Shown here: one piece after another, positions 22,231-31,200 of the stretch
How the letters are laid out: each line of letters begins with the position of its first letter
Position numbering within the stretch: the stretch's first letter is position 1
NCBI GenBank assembly: GCA_965228695.1
Contig: CBDDIB010000002.1
Coordinates: forward strand, 120,701 to 184,700
Direction of reading: 5' to 3'
Length of the DNA stretch: 64,000 bases
Origin: Alphaproteobacteria bacterium
GTDB lineage: Bacteria; Pseudomonadota; Alphaproteobacteria; UBA8366
Position numbers and translations under genes: made by a program
The notes under the pieces: generated by a model
The model's database searches: none
Seen by the model: only the letters and a program-made list of their open reading frames with translations
What the model was told of the DNA's origin: nothing

Positions 22231-22700
22231 TGCTCGACGAGTTACGCGAACTGTATCAAGAGGTCATCCTCGACCACGGCAAGCAGCCGCGGAACTTCCG
22301 CCGGCCGGACAGCCCGACCAATGAGGCGGCGGGCCGCAATCCGCTGTGCGGCGACCAGCTCGTGATCTATCTCAGCCTGAGCGACGACGGCAAAATCGAA
22401 GACGCCGCCTTCGTCGGCAAGGGCTGCGCGATCTCGATGGCGTCGGCGTCGATGATGACCGAGATCGTCAAGGGCAAGACCGTCGCGGACGCCAAGAAGC
22501 TGTTCGAGAATTTCCATCACATGTGCACCGACGACGACGCCGACGGCTTCGGCGGCGATGACGACGAGGATGTGGAGCGCCTCCAGGTCCTGTCCGGCGT
22601 ACGGCAGTTTCCGGTGCGCGTGAAATGCGCGACCCTGCCCTGGCACACCCTCGCCGCCGCGATCGACGGGGTCGAGGAAATCAGCACGGAGGCGGATTAG
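22230..22700 (+). CDS. sufU: SufU-type (NifU N-terminal/IscU-like) sulfur acceptor
   Basis: 156 aa. It is collinear with B. subtilis SufU as I recall it: NPLCGD, GKGCAISMASASMMTE and VKCATLPW carry the Zn/sulfur-transfer residues. The ATG overlaps the sufS stop by 1 nt. Confidence 0.85.
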   Translation: MLDELRELYQEVILDHGKQPRNFRRPDSPTNEAAGRNPLCGDQLVIYLSLSDDGKIEDAAFVGKGCAISMASASMMTEIVKGKTVADAKKLFENFHHMCTDDDADGFGGDDDEDVERLQVLSGVRQFPVRVKCATLPWHTLAAAIDGVEEISTEAD

Positions 22701-23116
22701 TGAGCACCGATAGCCCGAACGGGAAAGACGGCCTGAGTCTTCAGGATTTCATGCCGGCGGGCGCCAGGGATACGGTCGCCCATGCCGGAAAACCGCTCGA
22801 TCCGGGCACCCCGGTAGCGGACAAGGACGCCGTGATCGAGGCGATGAAAACGGTTCACGACCCCGAAATTCCAGTAAATATTTACGATCTTGGTCTTATA
22901 TATGCGCTGGACATCGCCGAGGATGGTTCGGCTCAGGTTAAGATGACCCTGACCGCCCCGGCCTGCCCGGTGGCCGGCCAGATGCCGATCGACGTGGCCA
23001 ACGCGGTCGCCGGCGTCGACGGGATCGGCGAAGTGACGGTAGAACTGGTCTGGGAGCCGGCCTGGACCAAGGACAGGATGTCGGAAGAGGCGCGACTCGC
23101 CCTCGACATGTGGTAA
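22700..23116 (+). CDS. sufT: SUF system Fe-S assembly protein, DUF59/MIP18 family (SufT-like)
   Basis: VHDPEIPVNIYDLGLIY...LTAPACPVAG is the DUF59 signature. The GTG at 22700 overlaps the sufU stop (TAGTG). The upstream part of the track ORF is R-rich and out of context. Confidence 0.8.
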   Translation: MSTDSPNGKDGLSLQDFMPAGARDTVAHAGKPLDPGTPVADKDAVIEAMKTVHDPEIPVNIYDLGLIYALDIAEDGSAQVKMTLTAPACPVAGQMPIDVANAVAGVDGIGEVTVELVWEPAWTKDRMSEEARLALDMW

Positions 23117-23157
23117 AAACTCCCTATATACAAAGGGTAAGCAGTAGAGATAGAGCC

Positions 23158-23493
23158 ATGCCAGCACCGATGATGACCTTGACGGACGCGGCCGCGGACC
23201 GCGTAAAACACCTGATGTCCCAGACCGACAAACCCCTCGTCGGGCTGCGGGTCGGCGTGAAGGCGCAGGGCTGTTCCGGCATGAGCTATTTCGTGGAATA
23301 CGCCGAGGAACAGAAGAAATTCGAAGAAGTCGTCGAGGACAAGGGTGTCACCATCTTGATCGACCCGGCGGCCACCATGTTCCTGATCGGATCGGAAATG
23401 GATTATCAGGAAGACAAGCTGCAGTCCGGCTTTGTGTTCAATAATCCGAACGAGAAGGGCCGCTGCGGCTGCGGCGAATCCTTCCACATTTAA
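23158..23493 (+). CDS. sufA: A-type Fe-S cluster carrier (HesB/IscA/SufA/ErpA family)
   Basis: GCSGMSY in the middle and C-terminal NPNEKGRCGCGESF give the three conserved A-type carrier cysteines. Start set at the ATG at 23158. Confidence 0.85.
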   Translation: MPAPMMTLTDAAADRVKHLMSQTDKPLVGLRVGVKAQGCSGMSYFVEYAEEQKKFEEVVEDKGVTILIDPAATMFLIGSEMDYQEDKLQSGFVFNNPNEKGRCGCGESFHI

Positions 23494-23505
23494 CCGCCGT
23501 CGGCC

Positions 23506-24189
23506 ATGCTGGCCTCCCCCATTGAGAAACCGAAACTGTGGCTATCCTGGAGCAGCGGCAAGGATAGCGCCTGGGCGCTGCACACACTGCGCCAACAGGG
23601 CGGTTATGAGATCGCCGGGCTGCTGACCACGATCAACGAGACCGCGTCGCGGGTCGCCATGCATGCGGTGCGCGAGACGCTGCTGGAACGGCAGGCCGAG
23701 GCCGCGGGCCTGCCGCTGATCAAAGTGCCGATCCCCCATCCCTGCCCGAACGAGGCCTACGAAGACGCGATGCGCCGCGCGATGGATCATGCCAAACGCG
23801 AGGGGGTCACGGCCATGGCCTTCGGCGACCTGTTCCTCGAGGACGTGCGGCAATACCGCATCGACAAGCTGGCGCCGACCGGCATCGATCCGGTGTTCCC
23901 GATCTGGGGATTGGAGACCGCCGCGCTGGCGCAAAAGATGGTGGCGAGCGGACTGCGCGCGCATGTCACCTGCATCGACCCGAACCAACTCGACCCCGCC
24001 TTCGCCGGACGCACCTTTGACGCCGACTTCATCACCGACCTGCCCGATGATGTCGACCCCTGCGGCGAGAACGGCGAATTCCACACATTCGCCTACAAGG
24101 GCCCGATGTTCGACACGCCGGTCGCCATAATCCCCGGCGAGGTGGTCGAACGCGACGGCTTCGTCTTCGCGGATCTGCTGCCGGGCTGA
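23506..24189 (+). CDS. PP-loop ATP pyrophosphatase-like protein (ATP_bind_4 / Dph6-MJ0570 family)
   Basis: 227 aa. The N-terminal PP-loop-like motif is SWSSGKDS, and the conserved PCGENGEFHTF block is typical of PF01902. It starts 12 nt after the sufA stop on the same strand. Confidence 0.7.
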   Translation: MLASPIEKPKLWLSWSSGKDSAWALHTLRQQGGYEIAGLLTTINETASRVAMHAVRETLLERQAEAAGLPLIKVPIPHPCPNEAYEDAMRRAMDHAKREGVTAMAFGDLFLEDVRQYRIDKLAPTGIDPVFPIWGLETAALAQKMVASGLRAHVTCIDPNQLDPAFAGRTFDADFITDLPDDVDPCGENGEFHTFAYKGPMFDTPVAIIPGEVVERDGFVFADLLPG

Positions 24190-24291
24190 CCGCACCACTC
24201 AGAACCCATCATTCCGGATCGCAAGGCTCGCGCACCGAAATTCAAAGATTTTCGGGCTCACCTAGCGTCCGGAATGACAAGAAACATCGGT

Positions 24292-25401
24292 TCAATCGAT
24301 CCGGTATTTCTTCACCATGTCCCAGTCGAGTTGGATGTCGAAGCCGGGGCCGGTCGGCACGGCGATCTCGCCATCCTTCACCGGCGGGCGGTTGGCGAAC
24401 AGGCCGTCCCAGATCGGGTCGCGGTCGGGATCGGCGAAGCATTCCACATAGGTGCCGTGCGGCACGCCCGACAGCATGTGCAGCGCGATCTGGCCCTCCT
24501 CGTGATGCGCCATCATGACGGAATGGACCGCGCACATCCCGGCGACCCGCCGCCATTCGGTCGGACCGCCCGATTCCGACGCGTCGAGATTGCAGAAGTC
24601 GATGGCCTCCGCCTCGATCATCCGGCGGACGCCGTGGCCGGTGATCTCGCTCTGTCCCGCGGTCACCGGGATCGACGCCGCGCGCCGCACGGCGGCGTTG
24701 CCCGCCGCGTCGTCATACCAATGCACCGGTTCCTCGAACCACAGGATGTCGAGCGGCTCGATCATCCGGGCGAACCGCACCGCGTCGTCGATATCCCAGC
24801 CGCGATTGGCGTCGACGGCGAGCAGGAAATCCGGGCCCGCCCCGTCGCGCGCCGCCGCGACCCGTTCGAAATCCTTCTCGGGCGTCCGGCCGCCGACCTT
24901 GAACTTGCAGCCCGCCATGCCGCGCGCCTTCAACATCTCCATCTCGCGGCGGTAGTCGTCGAGCGTGACATCGTCCTCGTAATACCCGCCGATGGAAATG
25001 ATCGGCATCCGGTCGCGGCAGCCGCCGAACAGGGTCGACACGCTGACCCCTTGCGCCTTCCCGGCGATATCCCATAGCGCGGTGTCGATGCAGGCGATCG
25101 CCTCCATCGCCACCTTGCGGTCGCGGACGGTATGCGCGATGGGAAACATCTTGGCCCAAAGCCGTTCGATCGCCGCCGCATCCTCGCCCAACACCAGCGG
25201 GGCCAGCTCGTCCCGGATGATCTTGCAGATTTCCGGCCCGTGGTTGCGGTTGTCGCCGTTGTAGACCTCGCTCACCGCGCCGTCGTCGGTGTACAGCTTG
25301 GTGATCACCGTGCAGCGCGACGGCACGGAATACTTGCTGCCGCCGAAGACCCGTTTCAGCGGAATTCGAACCGGAATCGTTTCGATTTTTTCAATACGCA
25401 T
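24292..25401 (-). CDS. enolase superfamily enzyme (mandelate racemase/muconate lactonizing enzyme family)
   Basis: 369 aa with a KxK motif (CKFKVGG), metal-ligand regions AVDAN / WFEEP, and a late His (MMAHHEEG). Confidence 0.8.
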   Translation of the reverse strand: MRIEKIETIPVRIPLKRVFGGSKYSVPSRCTVITKLYTDDGAVSEVYNGDNRNHGPEICKIIRDELAPLVLGEDAAAIERLWAKMFPIAHTVRDRKVAMEAIACIDTALWDIAGKAQGVSVSTLFGGCRDRMPIISIGGYYEDDVTLDDYRREMEMLKARGMAGCKFKVGGRTPEKDFERVAAARDGAGPDFLLAVDANRGWDIDDAVRFARMIEPLDILWFEEPVHWYDDAAGNAAVRRAASIPVTAGQSEITGHGVRRMIEAEAIDFCNLDASESGGPTEWRRVAGMCAVHSVMMAHHEEGQIALHMLSGVPHGTYVECFADPDRDPIWDGLFANRPPVKDGEIAVPTGPGFDIQLDWDMVKKYRID

Positions 25402-25501
25402 GATTTCCTGCCGCGGCGGAGCCTTCGCACGCCGATTACGGTTAACTGTTCCTTAATCCAGAAATTATACGCAAGGTGCGTATCCAACGGGAAACGCCGC
25501 G

Positions 25502-27265
25502 ATGACGATGCCAAAACTGCAGAAATTTCCACGCCTTTTCAGGGTCATGACGATTGTCGTCGCCGTGGCCGCGCCGTCTTGGGCGCATGCACAGGCGCAG
25601 CCGGAAATCCATACCGGCTTCCAGAAGAAGGAAGCGGTCCGCGCCAAATCCTTCATGATCTCGGCAGCCAATCCCCATGCCAGCCGCGCCGGTTACGCGA
25701 TCCTGGAGCGTGGCGGGTCCGCGGCGGACGCGGCGATCGCGGCGGCCTTGATGCTGACCCTGGTCGAACCGCAGGCGTCGGGCATCGGCGGCGGCGGCTA
25801 CATGCTGCACTGGTCGCAGACCAAGAAGGCGCTCGACGCCTACGACGCGGCGGTGCTCGCCCCCGGGGCGGTGAAGCCCGATCATTTTCTGGACAGCGAC
25901 GGCGACCCGGTGAAGCGCCGCACGGCCGGCTTCGGCGGACGCACGGTCGGGGTGCCGGGCCAACTCCGCCTGTTCGCGGAGATCCATGCGAAACACGGCA
26001 AGCTGCCGTGGAAGGAGTTGTTCCAACCGACGATCGATCTGGCCGAGAAAGGCTTCGCGGCCTCGCCCCGCCTGCACAAGCAGACGCATGGCAAGCGCAA
26101 GAAGTTCACCGACCCGACCGCGACATCCTATTTCCTGGATGCGGACGGCGAGGCGTGGCCCGTCGGCCACATGCTGGTCAACAAGCCCTTGGCCGACACC
26201 CTGCGCCAGGTCGCCGAGCGCGGCGTCGACGCCTTCTACACCGGCCCGATCGCACAGGACATCGCGAACGCAGTGACCAACGCCAGCGAATACCCATCCC
26301 CGATGACGGCGGAGGAGATCGCAGCCTACCGGATCAAGCGGCATGCGCCGGTCTGCACCACCTACCGGCAGCACCGGGTCTGCGGAGTCGGTCCGTCGAC
26401 CACCGGCGGCCTGACCGTCGCGATGACGCTGCGCCTGCTGGAACCGTTCGACATGGCCGGACTCGGCGCGACCTCGCCGGAGGCGGTTCACCTCTTCCTG
26501 GAAGCGTCCAAGCTCGCTTATGCGGACCGGTCGCAGTATATCGGCGACCCGGATTTCGTCCCGGTCCCGGTCGCCGGGCTGCTGGACCGGGCCTATCTGG
26601 CCGAGCGCGCGAAGAAAATCGACCCGACCGAGTCGATGGGACGGCCGCAGCCGGGGCTGCCGCCGATGCGGAAAGCCTGGAACCATGGCGCCGACGACAC
26701 GCCGGAATCGCCGTCGACCACGCATCTCACCGCCATCGACAAGGACGGCAACGCGGTGTCCTTCACCACCACGATCGGGCGCGGCTTCGGCGCCGGCATC
26801 ATGACCCGCGGCTTCCTGCTGAACGATCAGTTGTTGGCGTTTTCCTTCCGGCCCACCAAGAACGGCGATCCGGTCGCCAACGCCCCGGCGGGCGGGAAAC
26901 GGCCGCGCTCGTCGATGTCGCCGACCATCGTCTTCCGGCCGGACGGCCGGGTACGGCTGGTCGTCGGCTCCCCCGGCGGCACGCGCATCATCGGCTATGT
27001 GGCGAAGACCATCGTCGCCGTCCTCGACTGGCGGATGGACATCCAGTCTGCGATCGCGCTGCCGCATTTCGCCGCCCGCACCCGCCGCGCCGAACTGGAA
27101 AAGGACACCCTGGCGTCCCGCTTCCTCGACGCCCTGGAGGACAAGGACCATTCGGTGAAGATCCGCCACCTGACCAGCGGGCTGCACGGCATCGAGATCC
27201 TGCCCGACGGCACCCTCGTCGGCGGCGCCGACCCGCGCCGCGAGGGCATCGCGCTGGGCAATTAG
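25502..27265 (+). CDS. ggt: gamma-glutamyltransferase
   Basis: 587 aa with a signal peptide. The autoprocessing/catalytic Thr region is PSTTHLTAIDKDGNAVS, and SPGGTRI lies near the C-terminus. Confidence 0.9.
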   Translation: MTMPKLQKFPRLFRVMTIVVAVAAPSWAHAQAQPEIHTGFQKKEAVRAKSFMISAANPHASRAGYAILERGGSAADAAIAAALMLTLVEPQASGIGGGGYMLHWSQTKKALDAYDAAVLAPGAVKPDHFLDSDGDPVKRRTAGFGGRTVGVPGQLRLFAEIHAKHGKLPWKELFQPTIDLAEKGFAASPRLHKQTHGKRKKFTDPTATSYFLDADGEAWPVGHMLVNKPLADTLRQVAERGVDAFYTGPIAQDIANAVTNASEYPSPMTAEEIAAYRIKRHAPVCTTYRQHRVCGVGPSTTGGLTVAMTLRLLEPFDMAGLGATSPEAVHLFLEASKLAYADRSQYIGDPDFVPVPVAGLLDRAYLAERAKKIDPTESMGRPQPGLPPMRKAWNHGADDTPESPSTTHLTAIDKDGNAVSFTTTIGRGFGAGIMTRGFLLNDQLLAFSFRPTKNGDPVANAPAGGKRPRSSMSPTIVFRPDGRVRLVVGSPGGTRIIGYVAKTIVAVLDWRMDIQSAIALPHFAARTRRAELEKDTLASRFLDALEDKDHSVKIRHLTSGLHGIEILPDGTLVGGADPRREGIALGN

Positions 27266-27368
27266 AACGGAACCTAAGCCGTTATCAACGGATCATCCGA
27301 GAATTCTCATCATCCGACTGCTAATCTACAGTTTCCTCAATGCGGCCGTATCTTCTCGAGGTCAAAAC

Positions 27369-28058
27369 ATGAGAGCGCGCATAGCAGCATGTGTCTTGGC
27401 GATTATCGTTTTGCTTGGGCCAATAGGTGCGGCGGCGTCGGATCGTCCTGTATTGCCCGACGGATTCGTCTATTTGGATGAGGTCATTCCAGGCATCGTC
27501 GTCGATTTGGAGTTCTACGGCAGCGACAACTTCGTCGGCGAACCGATAGACGGCTATGGACACCCCTATGCGGTCCTATCCAAGCCCGCTGCGAGGGCGC
27601 TCGCCAAGGTGCAGACGGTCCTGTTGGGGATGGGGCTTGGCCTGAAGGTTTTCGATGCCTATCGGCCTCAGCGGGCGGTTGATCATTTTGTCCGATGGGC
27701 CGAAGAGCCGGATGATCCGGAGGTCAAGGCCAAATACTACCCCAACGTTGCGAAAGAGGACTTATTCAAGGGCTATATCGCGCGCAAATCCGGCCACTCC
27801 CGCGGAAGTACCATCGACCTTACAATCGTCTACTGGGAGACCGCCAGTGTGGTGCGCGAACTGGACATGGGGACTGCTTTCTTCGATGAAGCATCATGGC
27901 CGTCGAGCAGGGCGGTCACGGCACAACAACGGGCCAACCGGGCGCTTCTACGGTCGGTGATGATTCTGCATGGCTTTCGTCCCTATTTCCGGGAATGGTG
28001 GCATTTCACGCTCAAGAACGAACCCTTTCCGGACACGTATTTCGATTTTCCCCTTTGA
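27369..28058 (+). CDS. D-alanyl-D-alanine dipeptidase (M15D, VanX/DdpX family), predicted exported
   Basis: 229 aa with signal peptide MRARIAACVLAIIVLLGPIGAAAS. The Zn motifs are SGHSRGSTIDLT (SxHxxGxxxD) and REWWHF (ExxH). It is noticeably more A+T rich than its neighbours. Confidence 0.8.
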   Translation: MRARIAACVLAIIVLLGPIGAAASDRPVLPDGFVYLDEVIPGIVVDLEFYGSDNFVGEPIDGYGHPYAVLSKPAARALAKVQTVLLGMGLGLKVFDAYRPQRAVDHFVRWAEEPDDPEVKAKYYPNVAKEDLFKGYIARKSGHSRGSTIDLTIVYWETASVVRELDMGTAFFDEASWPSSRAVTAQQRANRALLRSVMILHGFRPYFREWWHFTLKNEPFPDTYFDFPL

Positions 28059-28167
28059 GAATGACACCGCCCGTCAAACTGGCGGCGGCAGATTCGATCT
28101 GATGCAGCGCAGTCGACCGTACAACATGTGTCCGCAATGCGTCGAAACCGGAAATCCAGTTTGATCG

Positions 28168-29382
28168 CTAAATAACCTCGGCCTTGCGCAAGGCCGCGAT
28201 CCCGGCATCGTCGTAGCCGAGTGATTTCAGCACCTCTTCATTGTATTCGCCGTAGTCGGGCGACGGCATCCGGGCGCTCTTTTCATGGCCCTGGATGTTG
28301 ATCGCGTTGCCGTTGATCTGAACCTCGCCCTTCTCGGGATGTCGGGTCGGCCAGGTGACGCCGAGATGTTTGACCTGGTCGTCCTCGAGCATCTTGTCGA
28401 TGGAATACTGCGGTCCGCAGGGCACGCCGATCTCGTTCAGCTTTTCCACCAGTTCGGCGGTCGTGAAGCGCTGCGTCACCTCGGAGACGGCGTCATTGAC
28501 CTTGTCGCGGTTGGTATAGCGGAGGTTGTTGTCGGCGAACTCGGGCACTTGCAACAACTCCTCGCAGTCGAGCGCCTTGCAGAGGCGCGCGAAGGTATGG
28601 TCACCGCCCGCCGCCAGATTGACGTGGCCGTCCTTGGTCGGGAACAGGCTGGTGGGCACGTTGATGGGATGGTCGTTGCCGACCGGCCCCGGCAAATCCT
28701 CCTCCATGGTCCAGCGGGCGACCTGATAGTCGAGCATGCCGATCATCGCTTCCAGCAACGACGTGTGGACCCAGCGGCCCTTGCCGGTGCGGTGGCGTTC
28801 ATGCAGCGCGCTCAGCACGCCGATGGCGAGATACATGCCCGCCGTCAGGTCGCAGATCGGGATCCCGACCCGCAGCGGCCCGCGCCCCGGCTCGCCGGTG
28901 ATCGACATCAAGCCGCCCATGCCCTGGGCGATCTGGTCGACGCCGGGCCGCGGCGCATACGGCCCGGTCTGGCCGAAGCCGGAAATGCTGCCGTAAATGA
29001 TCCGGGGATTCACCTTGCTGCAGTCGTCGTAATTGATGCCGAGGCGGTTCTTCACGTCGGCGCGGAAATTCTCCACGATGATGTCCGCCTTCGCGACCAT
29101 CTTCATGAAGATTTCGTGGCCTTCCTCTTTCTTGAGGTTCAGGGTCACGCTCCGCTTGTTGCGGTGAAGATTGAAGAAATCCGGCTGCAGACGCTGATAG
29201 TTCTGCCCCTTGATGCGGGGATCGGCCTTGGACGTGGCCTCGACCTTGATAACATGCGCGCCCCAATCCGCGAGCATGCGCACGCAGGTCGGCCCGGCGC
29301 GGGCGCGGGTCAGGTCCAGGACCACGAGGTCCGACATCGGCAGATCGTTTCCCGCCGCCGCTGCTTCCAAGGGATGTGCCAT
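28168..29382 (-). CDS. CoA transferase, family III (CaiB/BaiF)
   Basis: 404 aa. The N-terminal VLDLTRARAGPTCVRMLADWGAHVIKVE and the GQTGPYAPRPGVDQIAQ region are typical of family III CoA-transferases. Confidence 0.85.
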   Translation of the reverse strand: MAHPLEAAAAGNDLPMSDLVVLDLTRARAGPTCVRMLADWGAHVIKVEATSKADPRIKGQNYQRLQPDFFNLHRNKRSVTLNLKKEEGHEIFMKMVAKADIIVENFRADVKNRLGINYDDCSKVNPRIIYGSISGFGQTGPYAPRPGVDQIAQGMGGLMSITGEPGRGPLRVGIPICDLTAGMYLAIGVLSALHERHRTGKGRWVHTSLLEAMIGMLDYQVARWTMEEDLPGPVGNDHPINVPTSLFPTKDGHVNLAAGGDHTFARLCKALDCEELLQVPEFADNNLRYTNRDKVNDAVSEVTQRFTTAELVEKLNEIGVPCGPQYSIDKMLEDDQVKHLGVTWPTRHPEKGEVQINGNAINIQGHEKSARMPSPDYGEYNEEVLKSLGYDDAGIAALRKAEVI

Positions 29383-29494
29383 GGGTATCCTCCCAACTCT
29401 ATCGATTTGATTTTTGGTTTGCGCGTGCAGCGCTGCCGCGAAAGCATCCGGCGGCCAGCCGAACGCCGCCTCATGCCGTCGTATTAAATCAGAA

Positions 29495-29568
29495 TGGAGC
29501 GGGCGAAGGGAATCGAACCCTCGTCGTAAGCTTGGGAAGCTTCTGCTCTGCCATTGAGCTACGCCCGC
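29495..29568 (-). tRNA. tRNA-Gly (anticodon CCC)
   Basis: The reverse complement is GCGGGCGTAGCTCAATGGCAGAGCAGAAGCTTCCCAAGCTTACGACGAGGGTTCGATTCCCTTCGCCCGCTCCA. It shows a 7-bp acceptor stem, a GGTTCGATTCC T-arm, an anticodon loop TTCCCAA and an encoded CCA. Confidence 0.92.
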
Positions 29569-29721
29569 CCGCTGTGCCGACCCTACGAATTCGCTCGGCC
29601 GAGTTCAAGCGCCATGGCCGCACGGGGATCGCATGAAGTCCCGCGATTTCCGCCGGTCCCGCACGGACGTTAGAATGCCCAATCATCTGGTAACCGGCAC
29701 CCGGCGCGGAGGCATCGCCCC

Positions 29722-31176
29722 ATGAAACCCAAGAACGTTCTTTTCATCATGTCCGATCAACATCAGGGCAAGGCGTCGGGCTGTTACGGGCATGACTTCG
29801 CGGTGACGCCGAATATCGACCGGCTGGCGGCGCGTGGCACGCGCTTCACCACGGCCTATACCAACTCGGCGATCTGCGTGCCGGCGCGGGCGGTGATCGC
29901 GACCGGGCGGCATATCTTCGAGTCGGAATACTGGTGCAACGCGCATCCCTATGACGGGCGGATCAAGAGCTGGCATCACCTGCTGGCGGAGAACGGATCG
30001 TCGGCGACCTCGATCGGCAAGCTGCATTTCCGCAACGAGACCGATCCGACCGGCTTCGCCGAGCAGGTCATTCCGATGCATGTGGTCGAGGGCAAGGGCG
30101 ACCTGCGCAGCTGCATCAAACGGCCGATGTCGCCGCCGATGGAAAGCAGCGTGTCGATGACCAATATCGGCCCCGGCGAAAGCCCGTATACGAAATACGA
30201 CCATGACATCGCGGACCGCACTTGCGACTGGCTGCGCGCCAAGGCCGGGGACGCGCGTGACGAGCCGTTCTTCCTGTTCACCTCCTTCGTCTGCCCGCAC
30301 CCGCCCTATATCGCGCCGCGGGAATTCTACGACCTCTACCCCAACGACATCATCCCGACGCCGAAGCTGTCCGAGCCGGACGCGGTGACTCATCCCTGGA
30401 TCCAGAAGATGGAGCGCAACCGCAACTACAACGATTTCCTCACCGAGGAGTCGCGGCGGGTGCTGTTGTCGAGCTATTACGGCTGCGTCAGCTATCTCGA
30501 CCACAATATCGGCCGGGTGCTGGATTGCCTGGAGGCGTGCGGCCTGCGCGACGACACGCTGGTGGTGTACACCTCGGATCATGGCGACAACCTCGGCACG
30601 CGCCGGCTGTTCGGCAAATCGAACATGTATGAGGAAGCGTCCTTCATCCCGATGATCGTCGCCGGACCGAGTATTCCGGAAGGCAAGGTCTCGACCACGC
30701 CGGTCACGCTGCTCGACGTGGCGCCGACGATCCTGGACGCCGCCGGTCTGTCCGGCCTGCCGGAGGCGCGCGACCTGCCGGGCCGCTCGATGATCGAGAT
30801 GGCGCAGGCGGAGGACGATCCGGACCGGGTCGCGTTCTGCGAATATTACGCCGCCGCCGCCGACCGCGCCGCCTTCATGATCCGCAAGGGAAAATACAAA
30901 TACATCCACTATGTCGGTTACGAACCGGAGCTGTTCGACCTGGAGAAAGACCCGGAGGAACTGAACAGCCTCGCCGCCGACCCGGCCTACAAGGCCATCG
31001 TCGACGACTATCACGCGATCCTGTGCGGCATCGTCGACCCCGAGGCGGTGGACGAAGCGGCGTATGCGGCACAGACCGCGCTCGTGGATGCCAACGGCGG
31101 CCGAGAGGCCCTAATCGCGCGCGGCAAATACGAAGGCACGCCTGCCCCCGGCGAGCCGCCCGTCTTTACGACTTAG
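29722..31176 (+). CDS. sulfatase (formylglycine-dependent type, alkaline phosphatase superfamily), no signal peptide
   Basis: 484 aa. The N-terminal NVLFIMSDQH and the CxPxR motif (SAICVPARAVIATG) are followed by GKLHF and TSDHGD blocks. Confidence 0.85.
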   Translation: MKPKNVLFIMSDQHQGKASGCYGHDFAVTPNIDRLAARGTRFTTAYTNSAICVPARAVIATGRHIFESEYWCNAHPYDGRIKSWHHLLAENGSSATSIGKLHFRNETDPTGFAEQVIPMHVVEGKGDLRSCIKRPMSPPMESSVSMTNIGPGESPYTKYDHDIADRTCDWLRAKAGDARDEPFFLFTSFVCPHPPYIAPREFYDLYPNDIIPTPKLSEPDAVTHPWIQKMERNRNYNDFLTEESRRVLLSSYYGCVSYLDHNIGRVLDCLEACGLRDDTLVVYTSDHGDNLGTRRLFGKSNMYEEASFIPMIVAGPSIPEGKVSTTPVTLLDVAPTILDAAGLSGLPEARDLPGRSMIEMAQAEDDPDRVAFCEYYAAAADRAAFMIRKGKYKYIHYVGYEPELFDLEKDPEELNSLAADPAYKAIVDDYHAILCGIVDPEAVDEAAYAAQTALVDANGGREALIARGKYEGTPAPGEPPVFTT

Positions 31177-31200
31177 GTCTCCACCGCCTAGCGCTGTGCA

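Noticed and set aside
25132-27324. 730-aa plus-strand ORF and 581-aa minus-strand ORF (25442..27187) overlapping ggt.
   Set aside because: Both are alternate-frame or antisense to a GGT gene with a signal peptide and the catalytic TTH motif. Their products are low-complexity and Arg/Gly/Pro-rich.
24292-28058. Idea that the enolase-superfamily enzyme, GGT and D-Ala-D-Ala dipeptidase form a muropeptide-recycling unit, with the enolase member as an L-Ala-D/L-Glu epimerase.
   Set aside because: The enolase-family protein is 369 aa with late-His features more like the mandelate racemase/acid-sugar dehydratase subgroup. The genes are in different orientations with separate promoters. The evidence is too thin to report as a finding.
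27300-29568. Possible genomic island integrated at the tRNA-Gly 3' end (lower-GC VanX-like gene and CoA-transferase next to the tRNA).
   Set aside because: I saw no integrase, recombinase, transposase or phage gene, and no direct repeat of the tRNA 3' end. Only the dipeptidase gene looks compositionally odd.
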